DNA of 64,000 bases from Candidatus Bathyarchaeota archaeon (GCA_937873375.1 CALMWK010000125.1:24870-88869), one strand, 5' to 3'; counted from the stretch's first letter, positions 36,766 to 47,481 are shown. Translations and numbers: made by a program. The notes: generated by a model from the sequence alone, not told the origin.

Positions 36766-37578
36766 TTATCCTTCAAAAAGAAGCTTGGCGGGGGATATTG
36801 AGATTTTGTCTCCAACTTTTGTTTGGAATGTGGCGGCTGCGCTGCCTTGGTTGAGGGCTATTTCAAGGTAGTTGTGGCTTCCGATGAGTGCTAAAGGTTC
36901 CTTTGGTTTGGCTTCCGCGTAGGTTTTGGCAAGCTTCAGGTGCAGTTTTGCGTTTGGCAGCTCTGCTTGCATTGTGCGTTCTTTGATGTGTTCTAGGTCT
37001 TTTGTGCGGATGTTCGTGATTATGTTTCCGAAGCCATCCACATGCAGAACCTCGCCAACCAAGTCGTCTTTGTTTCGGGTAACCTTGGCGAACGAGGGTT
37101 CTATAACATCGGTAACTTCGGGACCAAACTCTTCCAAAGCCACACCGTTTGCAATGTGGGCTGCGACAGGAGCAAAAACGTCTCGCCCATGGAAGGTGCT
37201 GGAAACGTGAGGCAACATAAACTTTCGGCTCTCTATTTTGTACATGCGTTTAATGCCTTGCGCTTCAGCTGCCAAAAGTAACACGCCATTGTCGGGTCCA
37301 ACAAAAACGCTACGTTCGGTTTGCACTATTATGGGGCGTCTTTGGGTGCCAACGCTAGGGTCCACGACAGCCACGTGAACAGTGCCTTGGGGGAAGTAGG
37401 GTGCTGCTGAAGCCAGCATGTACGCGCCCATTCGTATGCTGAATTTTTCCACGTTGTGGGTTACGTCAACTATTTGGGCGTTTGGGCAAATGCCAAGGAT
37501 TGTGCCTTTCATTTCTGCGACGTACGGATCGGTTAACCCAAAATCGGTGGTCAGAGTCACTATTTTAGCTGGTGGCAA
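36766..37578 (-). CDS. SAM hydroxide adenosyltransferase (DUF62, fluorinase/chlorinase-like SAM hydrolase)
   Basis: IVTLTTDFGLTDPYVAEMKG N-terminal signature and DGFGNIITN. Confidence 0.8.
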   Translation of the reverse strand: MPPAKIVTLTTDFGLTDPYVAEMKGTILGICPNAQIVDVTHNVEKFSIRMGAYMLASAAPYFPQGTVHVAVVDPSVGTQRRPIIVQTERSVFVGPDNGVLLLAAEAQGIKRMYKIESRKFMLPHVSSTFHGRDVFAPVAAHIANGVALEEFGPEVTDVIEPSFAKVTRNKDDLVGEVLHVDGFGNIITNIRTKDLEHIKERTMQAELPNAKLHLKLAKTYAEAKPKEPLALIGSHNYLEIALNQGSAAATFQTKVGDKISISPAKLLFEG

Positions 37579-37593
37579 GAGTGTTTCGCTTCT

Positions 37594-38133
37594 CTATTTT
37601 TGGTGGTCTGCTCTTTCAGCGTTTTGTAAGTAGTTTTCTGTGAGGTTTGCTATGCGTTGTTTCTCACGTTTGTTGCTGTTTCTGGTTTTTAAGTCAAGTG
37701 AAAACATCAAGACGTAGGGTATCGTTAAGTAGAGTACCGCTAATATGGGATTATCAAGTAAATATGCAAAACTGAACAACTGGTCAATAACAGTTCCAAA
37801 GGAGCTCTTCAAGATATCTAAGAGTAAGAACGCGGAAAGAGTCAAAGATAAGCAGACTACAAACTGAACAAGGACACTGCGTTCTTTACCCAGAATTTTT
37901 GAAGGGATAACTGATGACAAAACAAAAACCCATGCAAAAGCGTAGACGAAAATAATCACGCCTTGTTTGTCTACTAACCATATACCTAATGAAGGCGCTA
38001 TCGATTTGATGCTTGTCAATACAGTAGTAACTGCTGATTCAGTAAAGAGTTGATAGCTAATCATTAAAGCCCAAGCAATCGACAGGTACACTGGAGTTAC
38101 CAGAACTGCTTTGCTCAATCTAATCCCCAACAT
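37594..38133 (-). CDS. hypothetical polytopic membrane protein
   Basis: 179 aa with about 5 hydrophobic segments and a basic C-terminal tail. Confidence 0.5.
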   Translation of the reverse strand: MLGIRLSKAVLVTPVYLSIAWALMISYQLFTESAVTTVLTSIKSIAPSLGIWLVDKQGVIIFVYAFAWVFVLSSVIPSKILGKERSVLVQFVVCLSLTLSAFLLLDILKSSFGTVIDQLFSFAYLLDNPILAVLYLTIPYVLMFSLDLKTRNSNKREKQRIANLTENYLQNAERADHQK

Positions 38134-38204
38134 ACATTGCTTTAATAGCGGTATTAAGTTTTACGACGTTGATAGATTTTCATTTGGGAAATTAGCCAGC
38201 AGAT

Positions 38205-38489
38205 TTAGCCACCATGCACAACTGGAATGAAAACTACTTCGTCGCCGTCCTTCACTTTAGTCTCTAACCCGTTCAGCACGCTAATTTCTCTACCGTTAAC
38301 AAGTATCAACGCATTCGGCTTGGGCTGCTCAAGCTGCTCGTCAAGCAGACTTCTCCTGAGCACGGGCGCTTCTTTGGTAAGTTCATTCACCAATTCCATT
38401 AAGGAAAAGCCTTTTTTGCAGGTCAGGGCAAGCGTTTCCGCACCTGAAGCATGCCGCAGTGCACCAATGAACTTTAAAGTCACAGCCAT
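38205..38489 (-). CDS. MoaD/ThiS-family ubiquitin-like protein (SAMP-like)
   Basis: 94 aa ending in the diglycine VHGG. Beta-grasp-like pattern. Confidence 0.75.
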   Translation of the reverse strand: MAVTLKFIGALRHASGAETLALTCKKGFSLMELVNELTKEAPVLRRSLLDEQLEQPKPNALILVNGREISVLNGLETKVKDGDEVVFIPVVHGG

Positions 38490-38507
38490 TTGCGTCTCGC
38501 TCAGAAA

Positions 38508-39884
38508 TTATAAAACCACAATCACAGATATATCGTTAACATTTGTGCCCGTTTGCCCCGTAAAAATCAAGTCACCCAGCTTTGAAAAAAACCGATAAGA
38601 ATTGTTTTCGGCCAAAAACTTGTCAGCATCCAGCCCCAACTGCGCAGCCCGCTCCAAAGTGTCTCCGTCGACAATTGCGCCTGCAGCATCAGTGGGTCCA
38701 TCCACCCCATCAGTGCTCAAAGAAGCAAGAACACAAGCTCCAGCGCCTTTGAGTTTTAAGGCGGCAGCTAGAGCCAATTCCTGATTTCGTCCACCCAAGC
38801 CTGCTCCTGTGACTGTGACCGTTGTTTCTCCACCTGCGACTATACCCGCGGGTCTGGGAACAGGATTACCCGAAGACACAACTTTGCTAGCCAAAGACGC
38901 AAACACTGCGCCCACATTTTTCGCTTCTCCTTCCAAAGCTGCGGTAAGTAAAAGCGCATTTAACCCTTCAGACTTCAAGTATGCAACTGCGGCATTGCTG
39001 GCGGAGCGGTTGTTTCCGATAATTACGTTGTACACTTTCTCGAAGGCTGGGTCGCCCGCTTTCGGCGTTTCCTCAATTATGCCCTTTATGCCTTCGGATA
39101 AGACTTTGCGAACAGAAGACGCTGTCTTCTCCCATAAGTCGTATTTTTCCAAAACTCTTTGTGCGTCGGCAAAGGTTGAGGGGTCAGGAACTGTTGGACC
39201 AGACGCGATGGAAGCCAAGGGGTCACCTACAACATCCGAAAGAACAAGGTTTAGAACGGTGGCGGGGTAAGCTTTTTTGGCGAGCCATCCGCCCTTGAAA
39301 CCTGAAACATGCTTCCGCACAATGTTTACTTCGTTTATTTTGGCACCACTCTTGAGCAAGGCGCTTGTGAGTTGGCGTTTGTCTTCGAGGGAAATGGTGT
39401 CGCGAGGTAAGGGCATGAGGCTGGAGCCACCACCAGAAATCAAGCAAATAACCAAATCGTCCTCCTCGGCGTGCTGTGCAGTTCCGATTATCTGTTGGGT
39501 TCCTTCTACGCCTGCTTGGTCGGGCACTGGGTGACTTGCCTCGTGAAGCTTGACGACGCGGGTTTTATGTTTGCTGCCGTAGGGCACATTGACGAATCCT
39601 GTCCTGATGCGCTTGCCCAACAGTTCTTCGAGTGCTTCAGCCATTGAACCGCTGGCTTTCCCGCCGCCAACAACGTAAATATTCCTGAATTTTTCCAAGT
39701 CAAAAGAAAAATTGCCAACCTGTAAACGTGACTTTTCCAAAACAAGTTTAGAGTGCAGCAACCGTTTGGGGTCAACAGCGTTTACGGCGGCTTCGAGGCT
39801 CTGTAAAGCTAACTTTCTTGTTTTTTTGGTGAGTTCTGTTTTGCCGTTCTCGACTAAAAGGGGCTTGTTTTTTATTTGGTTCAT
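38508..39884 (-). CDS. glycerate 2-kinase (MOFRL/DUF4147 family)
   Basis: VVGGGKASGSMA, CLISGGGSSL and a C-terminal MOFRL-like TDGVDGPTDAAGA. Confidence 0.8.
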   Translation of the reverse strand: MNQIKNKPLLVENGKTELTKKTRKLALQSLEAAVNAVDPKRLLHSKLVLEKSRLQVGNFSFDLEKFRNIYVVGGGKASGSMAEALEELLGKRIRTGFVNVPYGSKHKTRVVKLHEASHPVPDQAGVEGTQQIIGTAQHAEEDDLVICLISGGGSSLMPLPRDTISLEDKRQLTSALLKSGAKINEVNIVRKHVSGFKGGWLAKKAYPATVLNLVLSDVVGDPLASIASGPTVPDPSTFADAQRVLEKYDLWEKTASSVRKVLSEGIKGIIEETPKAGDPAFEKVYNVIIGNNRSASNAAVAYLKSEGLNALLLTAALEGEAKNVGAVFASLASKVVSSGNPVPRPAGIVAGGETTVTVTGAGLGGRNQELALAAALKLKGAGACVLASLSTDGVDGPTDAAGAIVDGDTLERAAQLGLDADKFLAENNSYRFFSKLGDLIFTGQTGTNVNDISVIVVL

Positions 39885-39972
39885 GGGGCTGGCTCTTTAG
39901 CGCTGCTAAAGTCTGTAAGGATTAAGAGCTAATAAAACTCGCTGTGAAAAACAGAGCTCAACGAAGGAATTT

Positions 39973-40347
39973 TTAGTTTTCCAGTTTTTCCTCGGTGAGG
40001 GTTTCAACAAACTCAGAAGCCACTTGAACAAACGTATCTGCCTGCTTCATCATGGCATCACCATTAACTTCTTCAAGCTGCGCAAGCTGCTGCACGGTTT
40101 CTTCGATTTCTATTAGAAAACGCAGTATAACGTCGTTCGCGGGTTTAGGTTTGCCTATTTCTTCGCGGACAAGGATTTCAATAAAAGCAGGTTCGCCTAT
40201 GCTGTAATAGATGGCGTTTCGGGCTTTGCGGATGGCTTCTATCATGAGGCTTGGCGCCATGTAAGGTATCTTTTGTGCTGCTTCCAGCTCAGCTTTGGCT
40301 TCACGAAGGTACCGTAGCGCCCATCCGCGCCTGTACTCGTCCATCAT
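39973..40347 (-). CDS. hypothetical helical protein
   Basis: 124-aa all-helical-looking ORF. I did not see an Rx4-6H HEPN motif. Confidence 0.4.
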   Translation of the reverse strand: MMDEYRRGWALRYLREAKAELEAAQKIPYMAPSLMIEAIRKARNAIYYSIGEPAFIEILVREEIGKPKPANDVILRFLIEIEETVQQLAQLEEVNGDAMMKQADTFVQVASEFVETLTEEKLEN

Positions 40348-40369
40348 ATCGCTGGTTCCAGTTTAGAGT

Positions 40370-40612
40370 TTATTCTTCGTCGGTTTCTTCGTCCAGAACA
40401 TCATCATCATCAACTATGGTGCCGTGTTGATTTAGCGCAACAGTTCGGGTTATGTAACCTGCTGTTTGGTTGCGCACTCTGGTCGTTGTACCTTCTGTGA
40501 CCTCGTCCACCATGTGTTTGTTGTCGTCGAAGTTGGTTGAGAATTTGCTTGGATACCGCTTGATGAGTTCTTTGGCTAGGCGTTTTACCTGTTCAGTCTT
40601 TACTTTTCCCAA
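40370..40612 (-). CDS. rps17e: 30S ribosomal protein eS17
   Basis: MGKVKTEQVKRLAKELIKRYPSKFSTNFDDNK is typical of S17e. GGAGG lies upstream. Confidence 0.9.
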   Translation of the reverse strand: MGKVKTEQVKRLAKELIKRYPSKFSTNFDDNKHMVDEVTEGTTTRVRNQTAGYITRTVALNQHGTIVDDDDVLDEETDEE

Positions 40613-40689
40613 CTATTATTCCTCCATTTACATAGGACTTGTTTGTTCTTTAACGCTTGAAAAGCGCAAAAGCATCTTTCAATAGAAGC

Positions 40690-40714
40690 GAGGCGTAATT
40701 TAAGGTTACGCCTC
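40690..40714 (-). terminator. 9-bp stem hairpin followed by T-tracts downstream of tatD
   Basis: gaggcgtaa-tttaagg-ttacgcctc. On the minus strand it is followed by ttttgcgctttt. Confidence 0.35.
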
Positions 40715-40744
40715 ATAAAAGCCAATACAGTTAGAACGGCAAGG

Positions 40745-41536
40745 TTAGGCGGTGGGTGTTGTGAATTTTATGTTGAAGAAGGTCTCAAAGTTTTTCACAA
40801 TTTGTTCGGCAACTTCTTCAGCAGGCATTTTTTTGATGTCTGCGATTGCGTGTACAACTTCACCTATGAAGGATGGTTTTGTCATTTGCCCGTTGAAAGG
40901 CGCTTTTCTGAACAGCACGGGACCGTCAGTTTCTGTTAGCAGGTTTGTCAGGGGGGTTTGAGTGACGACTTCGCGGATGCCAGTTGAATACACGACGGGC
41001 GGACCTTCGGTGATGTAGTAGCCGTAGTCCATTGCTTTGTGGAGGGCATTCATGGGGTGGCTGAACCAGTGCAGCAGAACACGTTTCAGGTTGTATGAAG
41101 GAAGCATATCCACGATGAATTCGGTGGTTCCTCGGGAATGTATAATGACGGGTAAATCGATTTTTTCTGCCGCGCGCAACATTTTGTCGAAGACCATCAG
41201 CTGTTTTTCCCATATAGATTCATATTTGCAGTCTAAACCGATTTCGCCTATGGCGACGACGGATTTTTTCTGGTGCTGCTCGCTGATTAGGTTCAGGGTG
41301 TCTTCCAACTCATTGGGTTTGAGTACGTTCACGTTCCACGGGTGAACACCCAACGCCACATAAACCAAGTCAAGATGCTTCTCTGACAGCCTTAGCGCTT
41401 CGATGCTTGTTTCAAAGTCCATCGCGTTTGAAACCAACGCGACGACGTTTGCGTTTTTTGCGTCTTCCACTAACTCATCGGTATGTCCACTGTATCCCCG
41501 ATCTGAAAGGTGAATGTGCGCGTCTACCAACCTCAT
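40745..41536 (-). CDS. tatD: TatD-family metal-dependent hydrolase
   Basis: MRLVDAHIHL and an internal IGEIGLD. Confidence 0.85.
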   Translation of the reverse strand: MRLVDAHIHLSDRGYSGHTDELVEDAKNANVVALVSNAMDFETSIEALRLSEKHLDLVYVALGVHPWNVNVLKPNELEDTLNLISEQHQKKSVVAIGEIGLDCKYESIWEKQLMVFDKMLRAAEKIDLPVIIHSRGTTEFIVDMLPSYNLKRVLLHWFSHPMNALHKAMDYGYYITEGPPVVYSTGIREVVTQTPLTNLLTETDGPVLFRKAPFNGQMTKPSFIGEVVHAIADIKKMPAEEVAEQIVKNFETFFNIKFTTPTA

Positions 41537-41692
41537 TCCAAAGACACCTAAACCGCCAATATATCCAACAGAGTGCTTTAAAATTTTCTTTTTTTCCCCG
41601 TCAAAAACACGTTAGTCGGTAATTTAAAGAAGTAGACGACAATAAAGGTTAAATACAGCTTTAAAAAGAAAAAGAAGCTAAAGAGGGTCTCT

Positions 41693-41914
41693 ATGGCTGA
41701 TTTGGAAATAGCAGTAGCGCCCATGCATAGGCTGTGCAAGAAAGCAGGTGCGGACAGAGTAAGTGAAGCAGCGGCAAAAGAACTAGCTAAGGCTTTAGAA
41801 GAAATTGGTGTTAAAATCGCCAAGGAAGCCTTAGACTTTGCGATGCACGCTGGAAGAAAAACCATAAAATCCGAAGACATCGAAATCGCAGCCAAAAAAG
41901 TCATGGGTAAATAA
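41693..41914 (+). CDS. archaeal histone (HMf family)
   Basis: 73-aa histone fold: [61 protein letters not shown]. Confidence 0.9.
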   Translation: MADLEIAVAPMHRLCKKAGADRVSEAAAKELAKALEEIGVKIAKEALDFAMHAGRKTIKSEDIEIAAKKVMGK

Positions 41915-42039
41915 CAATTTAGTTTCCCTTTCTCTCTTTTTTGTTAAGTAAACGAAAACGCCAAGTTTTGAGCGGGATACAGAGTCTTTTTTAGACAGCG
42001 GCTAACCGTTATATTTCCATCAACAAAGGCGCCGTTGCT

Positions 42040-43086
42040 GTGATGCGAAACATTCTGCAGGTAATCAAGGAACATAAGAGTTTGCTGTTGAAGCTTGTGC
42101 CGTTAGTGTCTTTTGCGGTTCCGTTGTTGTGGCTTTATTTTTTGGATGCGGCGTCGTTTGAGTTGATGTGGAAGGGCAGAACGTTCCAGTTGTTCTTCAT
42201 CTGGCTTGTGGGTTTGGAGTTGATTTTGGGCTGGGAAAACCTGCAGGCAGACAAAATCAAGAAGCTGTTTTCAGCCAGAACGTTTGCGTTCATCGCCGCT
42301 ATGGCGCTTCCCACAATCTACGTTGCCGCGTCCTTTTACTGGGGCTTAAACGTAGCCATCACGAACTGGGCAACCCAGAGCCACATCCAGTGGGCAAGCT
42401 CGATGCCTCTGTCAACAGAGTACCTTGTCTTCACTGTTCTGTTCTGCCTCATAGTTTACTTGTCATCAGGCTTCAAAGGCTTGAAAGACTACTCGGTTCC
42501 AGCGTTTTTCCTCGCCATCGTCGGCTTCCTATACACAGTTGACAACGTATTCCCCTACGGGCAATTCACGCCATTCCAGATTTTCGTCCCCACAACCACC
42601 GCCCTCGCATCTGCCATCCTCAACTTCATGGGGTACCCCACCAGCATAGCCTACGCGCAGAACAGCTTAGCAGGCAACATGCCCTACCTAACCGCCATAA
42701 ACCCACATGTAACAGGGAACCCATCAACAACCTTCGCCATTGCTTGGCCCTGCGCAGGCATCGAAAGCTTCCTCATATTCACCGTGGTTGCCCTACTATT
42801 CCTCAAACGTATGAATTTCTCGTGGAAGGCAAAGATAGGCTACTTTGTGTTCGGCGCAGCCATCACGTATCTCATTAACGCCCTAAGAATAGTCAACATA
42901 TTTTTGATTGGGATGAGTCAAGGGGCGAACTCGTTAGAAGTTGACTTGTTCCACTTCTACTATGGTCCACTGTACGCGGTTACGTGGATAGTCGCATATC
43001 CGCTCATTATTATGCTGAGCCAAAACTTGTGGCACAGAATCAAAAAAACAAAACAACCAGAAACTACGAAAGCTCAACCTGTTTAG
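42040..43086 (+). CDS. archaeosortase-family transpeptidase
   Basis: Polytopic membrane protein with the exosortase/archaeosortase active-site context IAWPCAGIESFLIF and a later conserved Arg region (NALRIVN). Confidence 0.75.
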   Translation: MMRNILQVIKEHKSLLLKLVPLVSFAVPLLWLYFLDAASFELMWKGRTFQLFFIWLVGLELILGWENLQADKIKKLFSARTFAFIAAMALPTIYVAASFYWGLNVAITNWATQSHIQWASSMPLSTEYLVFTVLFCLIVYLSSGFKGLKDYSVPAFFLAIVGFLYTVDNVFPYGQFTPFQIFVPTTTALASAILNFMGYPTSIAYAQNSLAGNMPYLTAINPHVTGNPSTTFAIAWPCAGIESFLIFTVVALLFLKRMNFSWKAKIGYFVFGAAITYLINALRIVNIFLIGMSQGANSLEVDLFHFYYGPLYAVTWIVAYPLIIMLSQNLWHRIKKTKQPETTKAQPV

Positions 43087-43618
43087 CTAAGCCCTGCTTC
43101 ACCAAAATTTTCGCGTTCTCAACCGGCACCGAAGCCACATCCTCAACCATAAACGGACCATAACTCTTCATGTCTGCGCCTATTATTGAGGGCACTGCCT
43201 TCAAAAACCGCAGCGTCACCCGCTTATGCACCGCAGTTTCCACTTCAACTTTAAGGGATGCTTGCCCCAGCAAAAGACCCTGCATGAACCTATCGTACGC
43301 GTCAGTTGAAGGCACCACGCCGTTGTACAGTTGTGCTTCCTCAGCCACCAAAAACTCCACAGGCACCTTCTTACCATCAACCATTCTTTTGACGATTTTC
43401 CTGTACCGCGCCTGCAACAACTCCCGAACCATGCGTTGCACATTCGCCTGTTCATGCTCCAGCAGGGTGGCTCTCACGGTTTTCTTGTCAACCAGTTGGT
43501 TCTCTTCTTTGAGCTTCTTCAGGTAGTCTGCAACCCGCGCGTAAAAGTCGGACGGTAAACTGCTCAGCTCAGCATATTCAATTTCCCATCGCCACGCAGC
43601 GTACAGTTCATCATACAT
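43064..43618 (-). CDS. gins51: GINS subunit Gins51 (Gins15)
   Basis: LPSDFYARVADYLKKL...VQRMVRELLQARYRKIV A-domain followed by a C-terminal B-domain. It lies directly downstream of priS. Confidence 0.75.
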   Translation of the reverse strand: MYDELYAAWRWEIEYAELSSLPSDFYARVADYLKKLKEENQLVDKKTVRATLLEHEQANVQRMVRELLQARYRKIVKRMVDGKKVPVEFLVAEEAQLYNGVVPSTDAYDRFMQGLLLGQASLKVEVETAVHKRVTLRFLKAVPSIIGADMKSYGPFMVEDVASVPVENAKILVKQGLAKQVELS

Positions 43619-43620
43619 TT

Positions 43621-44868
43621 TTACGTCACCAACTCCGCTCTGCCCTTGCAGATAAGCAGCACAGCCGCAGCCGTCGGCAACTCCACCGCCTTGTTCTTGA
43701 AGGGACCAAACGTTTCCCCGCCTAACCTAAACTCAGGCGCATCCGAGACGAGAACTTTCGCTGAACCCTCTTTAAAAGCTACTGCTTCCTTAAACACATC
43801 AACTTCGTCCAGCTGTGAAACGGGAAACTCCACCTTCAACAACCCCGTTTTGCCGTGCAGTGTGCCTTCTGCTCGGATTAAACGGTGAATGTCGGTAGTG
43901 ACTACGGTGTCAATTTGTGCAGACTCCAAATCCCTCACATGCTCAGCTACCTTCAGCCAAGTTTCAACGCCAACCCCTTTCACGTTACTCCATCGGTTCT
44001 CTTCTACGCATTCCTTCAGAATTCGGTCTTTATTCTGAAGGATAACCTCAGTTCTTCCTTTGATGCCAATTTCCTTTAAGTCATCTTTGGTTGCGTTGAG
44101 GATAAATTTACGCATACCATTCTTCAGACGCCTGTTCCAGCCGTAATCATTCAAACTAAAAACCTTTGCGCCCTTCTTCTGTTTGGGCAAGTCTTTTCTG
44201 CTTTTTCGAAACATGGCCAAACCTGTGCCCATAACGTAGTCCACAACTTCTCTGCGCCCCATAGCATCCAAGCTCCGAATTGCCTCGTGTTCAACGTGAA
44301 CGTGAAAACCGCGGTGACCAGAAAAAAACGTGCGAATCTCATGAGATGCAAAACCAAAATCGTTCTCCAGCATATCCACAAGTTTGCGCGCCTCAGCCCT
44401 AGTCGTATCTATACAGACATCACAGGGCCAACTTTTAACTTCAAACTTTACGCCGCCACAAATTGGGCAGGTTTCAGGCGTGATTCCCTTACCGTTAAAG
44501 CCGCCGCTGAACTGGCACTCAGAATTGGTGCACCGCCACTCATCATGGATTTTGTTACAGCTAGTCGGAATGTGGTCAGCGTCAATGTCAAAAACCAAGT
44601 CTGCGCCCGACCAGCCTTTCTTGTCCATGTCAGCCTCAGGATTCTCGTAGTAAGCACAAGAATAGTAAACATCCGAAGGAATCCGCTCCTTCAAAAAAGC
44701 GCTCAGGGTTTTTGGGTTGGCAAAGCCTTTGTGCCGCGCCATAACCCGTTCCCTAAAAAGGAGGAAGGCAAATTCGCGCTGCGCAAAACCCACAGGAGTC
44801 GGAACTGCAAGGGAGGGGTTATTGTAGAAGCCACGGAATTTTTCGTACACAAACTCTCGAGAAGACAC
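43621..44868 (-). CDS. priS: DNA primase small (catalytic) subunit PriS
   Basis: Catalytic DLVFDIDADH, zinc knuckle CTNSEC...CPICGG and SGHRGFHVHV. Confidence 0.9.
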   Translation of the reverse strand: MSSREFVYEKFRGFYNNPSLAVPTPVGFAQREFAFLLFRERVMARHKGFANPKTLSAFLKERIPSDVYYSCAYYENPEADMDKKGWSGADLVFDIDADHIPTSCNKIHDEWRCTNSECQFSGGFNGKGITPETCPICGGVKFEVKSWPCDVCIDTTRAEARKLVDMLENDFGFASHEIRTFFSGHRGFHVHVEHEAIRSLDAMGRREVVDYVMGTGLAMFRKSRKDLPKQKKGAKVFSLNDYGWNRRLKNGMRKFILNATKDDLKEIGIKGRTEVILQNKDRILKECVEENRWSNVKGVGVETWLKVAEHVRDLESAQIDTVVTTDIHRLIRAEGTLHGKTGLLKVEFPVSQLDEVDVFKEAVAFKEGSAKVLVSDAPEFRLGGETFGPFKNKAVELPTAAAVLLICKGRAELVT

Positions 44869-44975
44869 ACCAACCCTCCTCTACGTTAAACCATTGTAAG
44901 AGTGAATGTTACTTGGGCGGATTTAACAGTTAAGCATTTTGAGTCAGCAGACACAAAGACCAATGCAGCATACGG

Positions 44976-46748
44976 TCAAATGCCCAGTAGTCTACGGATG
45001 CTGTCCAGCAGTTGCATTGGGTTATAAGAGAGACCACCAAACGAAAGCATCAACGTCATAAACACCACCCATATCACCGAAACTTCCAATGCACGCTTTT
45101 CCTTTGGAAAGAACAGATACACAAAGAAAAACGGCAGATACCACGACTGAAAATATGGCATAGTGAAACAAGGCAACAACGAAAAAAACATAAATAAAGA
45201 AACAATCCTGCTTCGGTTCAGCAAATAAACTGCACAAACCAACGTCACCCCAAGCGTCAACAAAACAGCGAAAGCCTGTAGCATCCACGATATTTGTGCA
45301 TGGGGGCTAAACGCGCTCACGCCATTCATTATGAACTCGGGTTTTGCGCTGGCAAAAAATGGAAAACTCAAATAGGCGGTGAACAGGTTAATCGCAGTCA
45401 AACCAGTGGCAGCCAAAACAGTCTTGTTTTTGATTATCGTTGAAAGTTTGTTTTGTTGCAACAGCCTAACTATGCTCACCAGTACGAGGGGAAACAGGAA
45501 AATGCCTGCTTGATACTTGAAAGTTAACGAAACCGCCCCAAGCAGCAAGAACAAGTCAAAGCGCTTCTCCAAGAACATCGCTACAGCCGCTAATGTGAAG
45601 AGGAACGCAACCGTGTCAAACATGCCGTTTGCAGAGTAAACCACAAGCACAATGTACAGCATATACACGGCCACAGTTTTCAACACTAAACTGGTGTCTT
45701 TTTTCAATGGACGTTTGAGAAAATCAAAATTGATTTTGTTAGACCAGAACCGCTTGAGAAAATAATACATACAAACATGGGAGACCACCAAGAAAAGTGC
45801 AATCTCCAACTTGAAAACAAGTGTTTGCGCAATGCCGTTCTCCAGCAACCAGCCGAAGGGCAAAAACAGGAAAACACTGCCCAGCGGGTAAAGGTGCGGC
45901 ATCTCAGCCCATGTCACAAACTTGAAGAAAGAAAAGTCGTTGCTTGATAGCTTGCCAAGTGGGGTATCAAAAATGGAGAAGCCCACCTTTGTGAATAACT
46001 CTGCCGAATACGGGTTTCTGGCGTGGTCCGTGTACCAGTTCTCAAAAGTCGCAAACGGATACGTATTCACAGCCAAAAGCACAAACCAAAACACCAAAGA
46101 CACCACAAGAATAGCTTGTAGTCTTCGTCGGTCTTTTTGGCTCAGAACAGGCACGGCGGGAAGGGAGTTTGTGGGTGAAAATGTGTTACCCCCATGGGTA
46201 AGCACCAAAAGAGCCACAATTGCTCCAGTGCTTGAGAAAAACAGTACCTTCGCAGGGGTAGCTATCCAAGAAAAGGGGTAAACTACTGCTGCTTTCTGAA
46301 CGGAAACCTTAAACTGGATATTGGTGGTGGTTGTTGCGTTTGCCTCAAAGATTGCTTCGTAGTAGTCAGCTCCTGTCGTAAAATTGTAGCTTATGCCCGT
46401 GTTTGTACTGTTGATGTATCGTGGTCCACCGTAAGTCAGCAGTGTAAAATTGAAAGCGCCAGACCCGTTGCTACTGATTGCTATGGAAATGTTTTCTCCT
46501 CCATGAAAAGAACCTAAACCTTGCCGGTATGTCTCGTTTGGCGTCAACGCGAAAGAGTCATCAATGATAAAACTGCTCTGCGTGCCAGTGTCATCTACAG
46601 GAAAAAAACTCACAGTTGCAAGAATTATGCTCAGTGTGAGCAGCAGCAAAGACCCATAAAGAAACAACTTGCCCATATTCGCGCCGTTTAGATGTCCTAG
46701 TTTTCCCACCTGAAGCTTCAATGCCTTGACCTCAATGGTTTCGCCCAA
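44976..46748 (-). CDS. polytopic membrane protein, putative GT-C-type (Dol-P-sugar dependent) glycosyltransferase
   Basis: An N-terminal anchored, sequon-rich extracytoplasmic domain is followed by about 11 TM segments. It overlaps the upstream Dol-P-Man synthase-like gene. Confidence 0.5.
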   Translation of the reverse strand: MGETIEVKALKLQVGKLGHLNGANMGKLFLYGSLLLLTLSIILATVSFFPVDDTGTQSSFIIDDSFALTPNETYRQGLGSFHGGENISIAISSNGSGAFNFTLLTYGGPRYINSTNTGISYNFTTGADYYEAIFEANATTTTNIQFKVSVQKAAVVYPFSWIATPAKVLFFSSTGAIVALLVLTHGGNTFSPTNSLPAVPVLSQKDRRRLQAILVVSLVFWFVLLAVNTYPFATFENWYTDHARNPYSAELFTKVGFSIFDTPLGKLSSNDFSFFKFVTWAEMPHLYPLGSVFLFLPFGWLLENGIAQTLVFKLEIALFLVVSHVCMYYFLKRFWSNKINFDFLKRPLKKDTSLVLKTVAVYMLYIVLVVYSANGMFDTVAFLFTLAAVAMFLEKRFDLFLLLGAVSLTFKYQAGIFLFPLVLVSIVRLLQQNKLSTIIKNKTVLAATGLTAINLFTAYLSFPFFASAKPEFIMNGVSAFSPHAQISWMLQAFAVLLTLGVTLVCAVYLLNRSRIVSLFMFFSLLPCFTMPYFQSWYLPFFFVYLFFPKEKRALEVSVIWVVFMTLMLSFGGLSYNPMQLLDSIRRLLGI

Positions 46749-47481
46749 GCGCCATTGTTTTAAAAATGTAGGACAGATAATTCTGGATTTCCACTAGAGA
46801 CAGCTTTGATTTTCCGCGTTTCCTGTTAACAAATAATATGGGGGTTTCTTTGACTTTGAAGCCTTTTGTGTGTGCTTGGTTTATGGTTTCGATTTGTATG
46901 TCATAGGTGTGGCTGTGTAAGTAGCTTATGATGTTTTTTAGGAAACTTGCCGAGTAGCAACGGAAACCACTTGTGCAATCGTGCGGCTGTAAACCCAACA
47001 AAGAACGAGCAAGCATATTGGCTCCTCGGCTGATTACCTTTCGGGTGTATGACCAGCCTGCGGTTTTACCTCCTTTGCAGTACCTGCTACCGATAATTAA
47101 GTCACAGGTGTTACTCATTTTTGAGACCAGTTGGGGTAGTTCTTTGGGGTTATGTGAATAGTCGGCGTCCATTGTGACTACGTATTCTGGAACGTTTCTC
47201 AGTGACAGAAAAATTTTGAAGCCATCAGTTATGGCTGTTCCCAGCCCAGATTTTTGGGGTCTGACAAAGAGAAGCAAATTACGGTATTTTTTCTGCAGTT
47301 TTTCCACGATTTGGGCTGTTCCGTCAGGGCTATAGTCATCTATAACCAGAATTGACTTGTTCAGGGGGAGGCTTTCGATTTCTGTAATCAGTTTTTCGAT
47401 GTTTTGGGCTTCACAGTACGTTGGGAGAATCACGCCGACTTTTGAGTTGGCTTCTAAGTTGCCCGTTAACTGGTTGAACAT
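46732..47481 (-). CDS. GT2-family polyprenol/dolichol-phosphate mannosyltransferase
   Basis: ILPTYCEAQNI, VIDDYSPDGT and MDADYSH (DxD) motifs. Confidence 0.8.
   Translation of the reverse strand: MFNQLTGNLEANSKVGVILPTYCEAQNIEKLITEIESLPLNKSILVIDDYSPDGTAQIVEKLQKKYRNLLLFVRPQKSGLGTAITDGFKIFLSLRNVPEYVVTMDADYSHNPKELPQLVSKMSNTCDLIIGSRYCKGGKTAGWSYTRKVISRGANMLARSLLGLQPHDCTSGFRCYSASFLKNIISYLHSHTYDIQIETINQAHTKGFKVKETPILFVNRKRGKSKLSLVEIQNYLSYIFKTMALGRNH

Noticed and set aside
44287-44889. 200-aa plus-strand ORF antisense to priS, and similar shadow ORFs at 26704-27234, 41578-41904 and 11776-12246
   Set aside because: Each lies inside a strongly supported gene on the other strand and lacks any recognisable motif.
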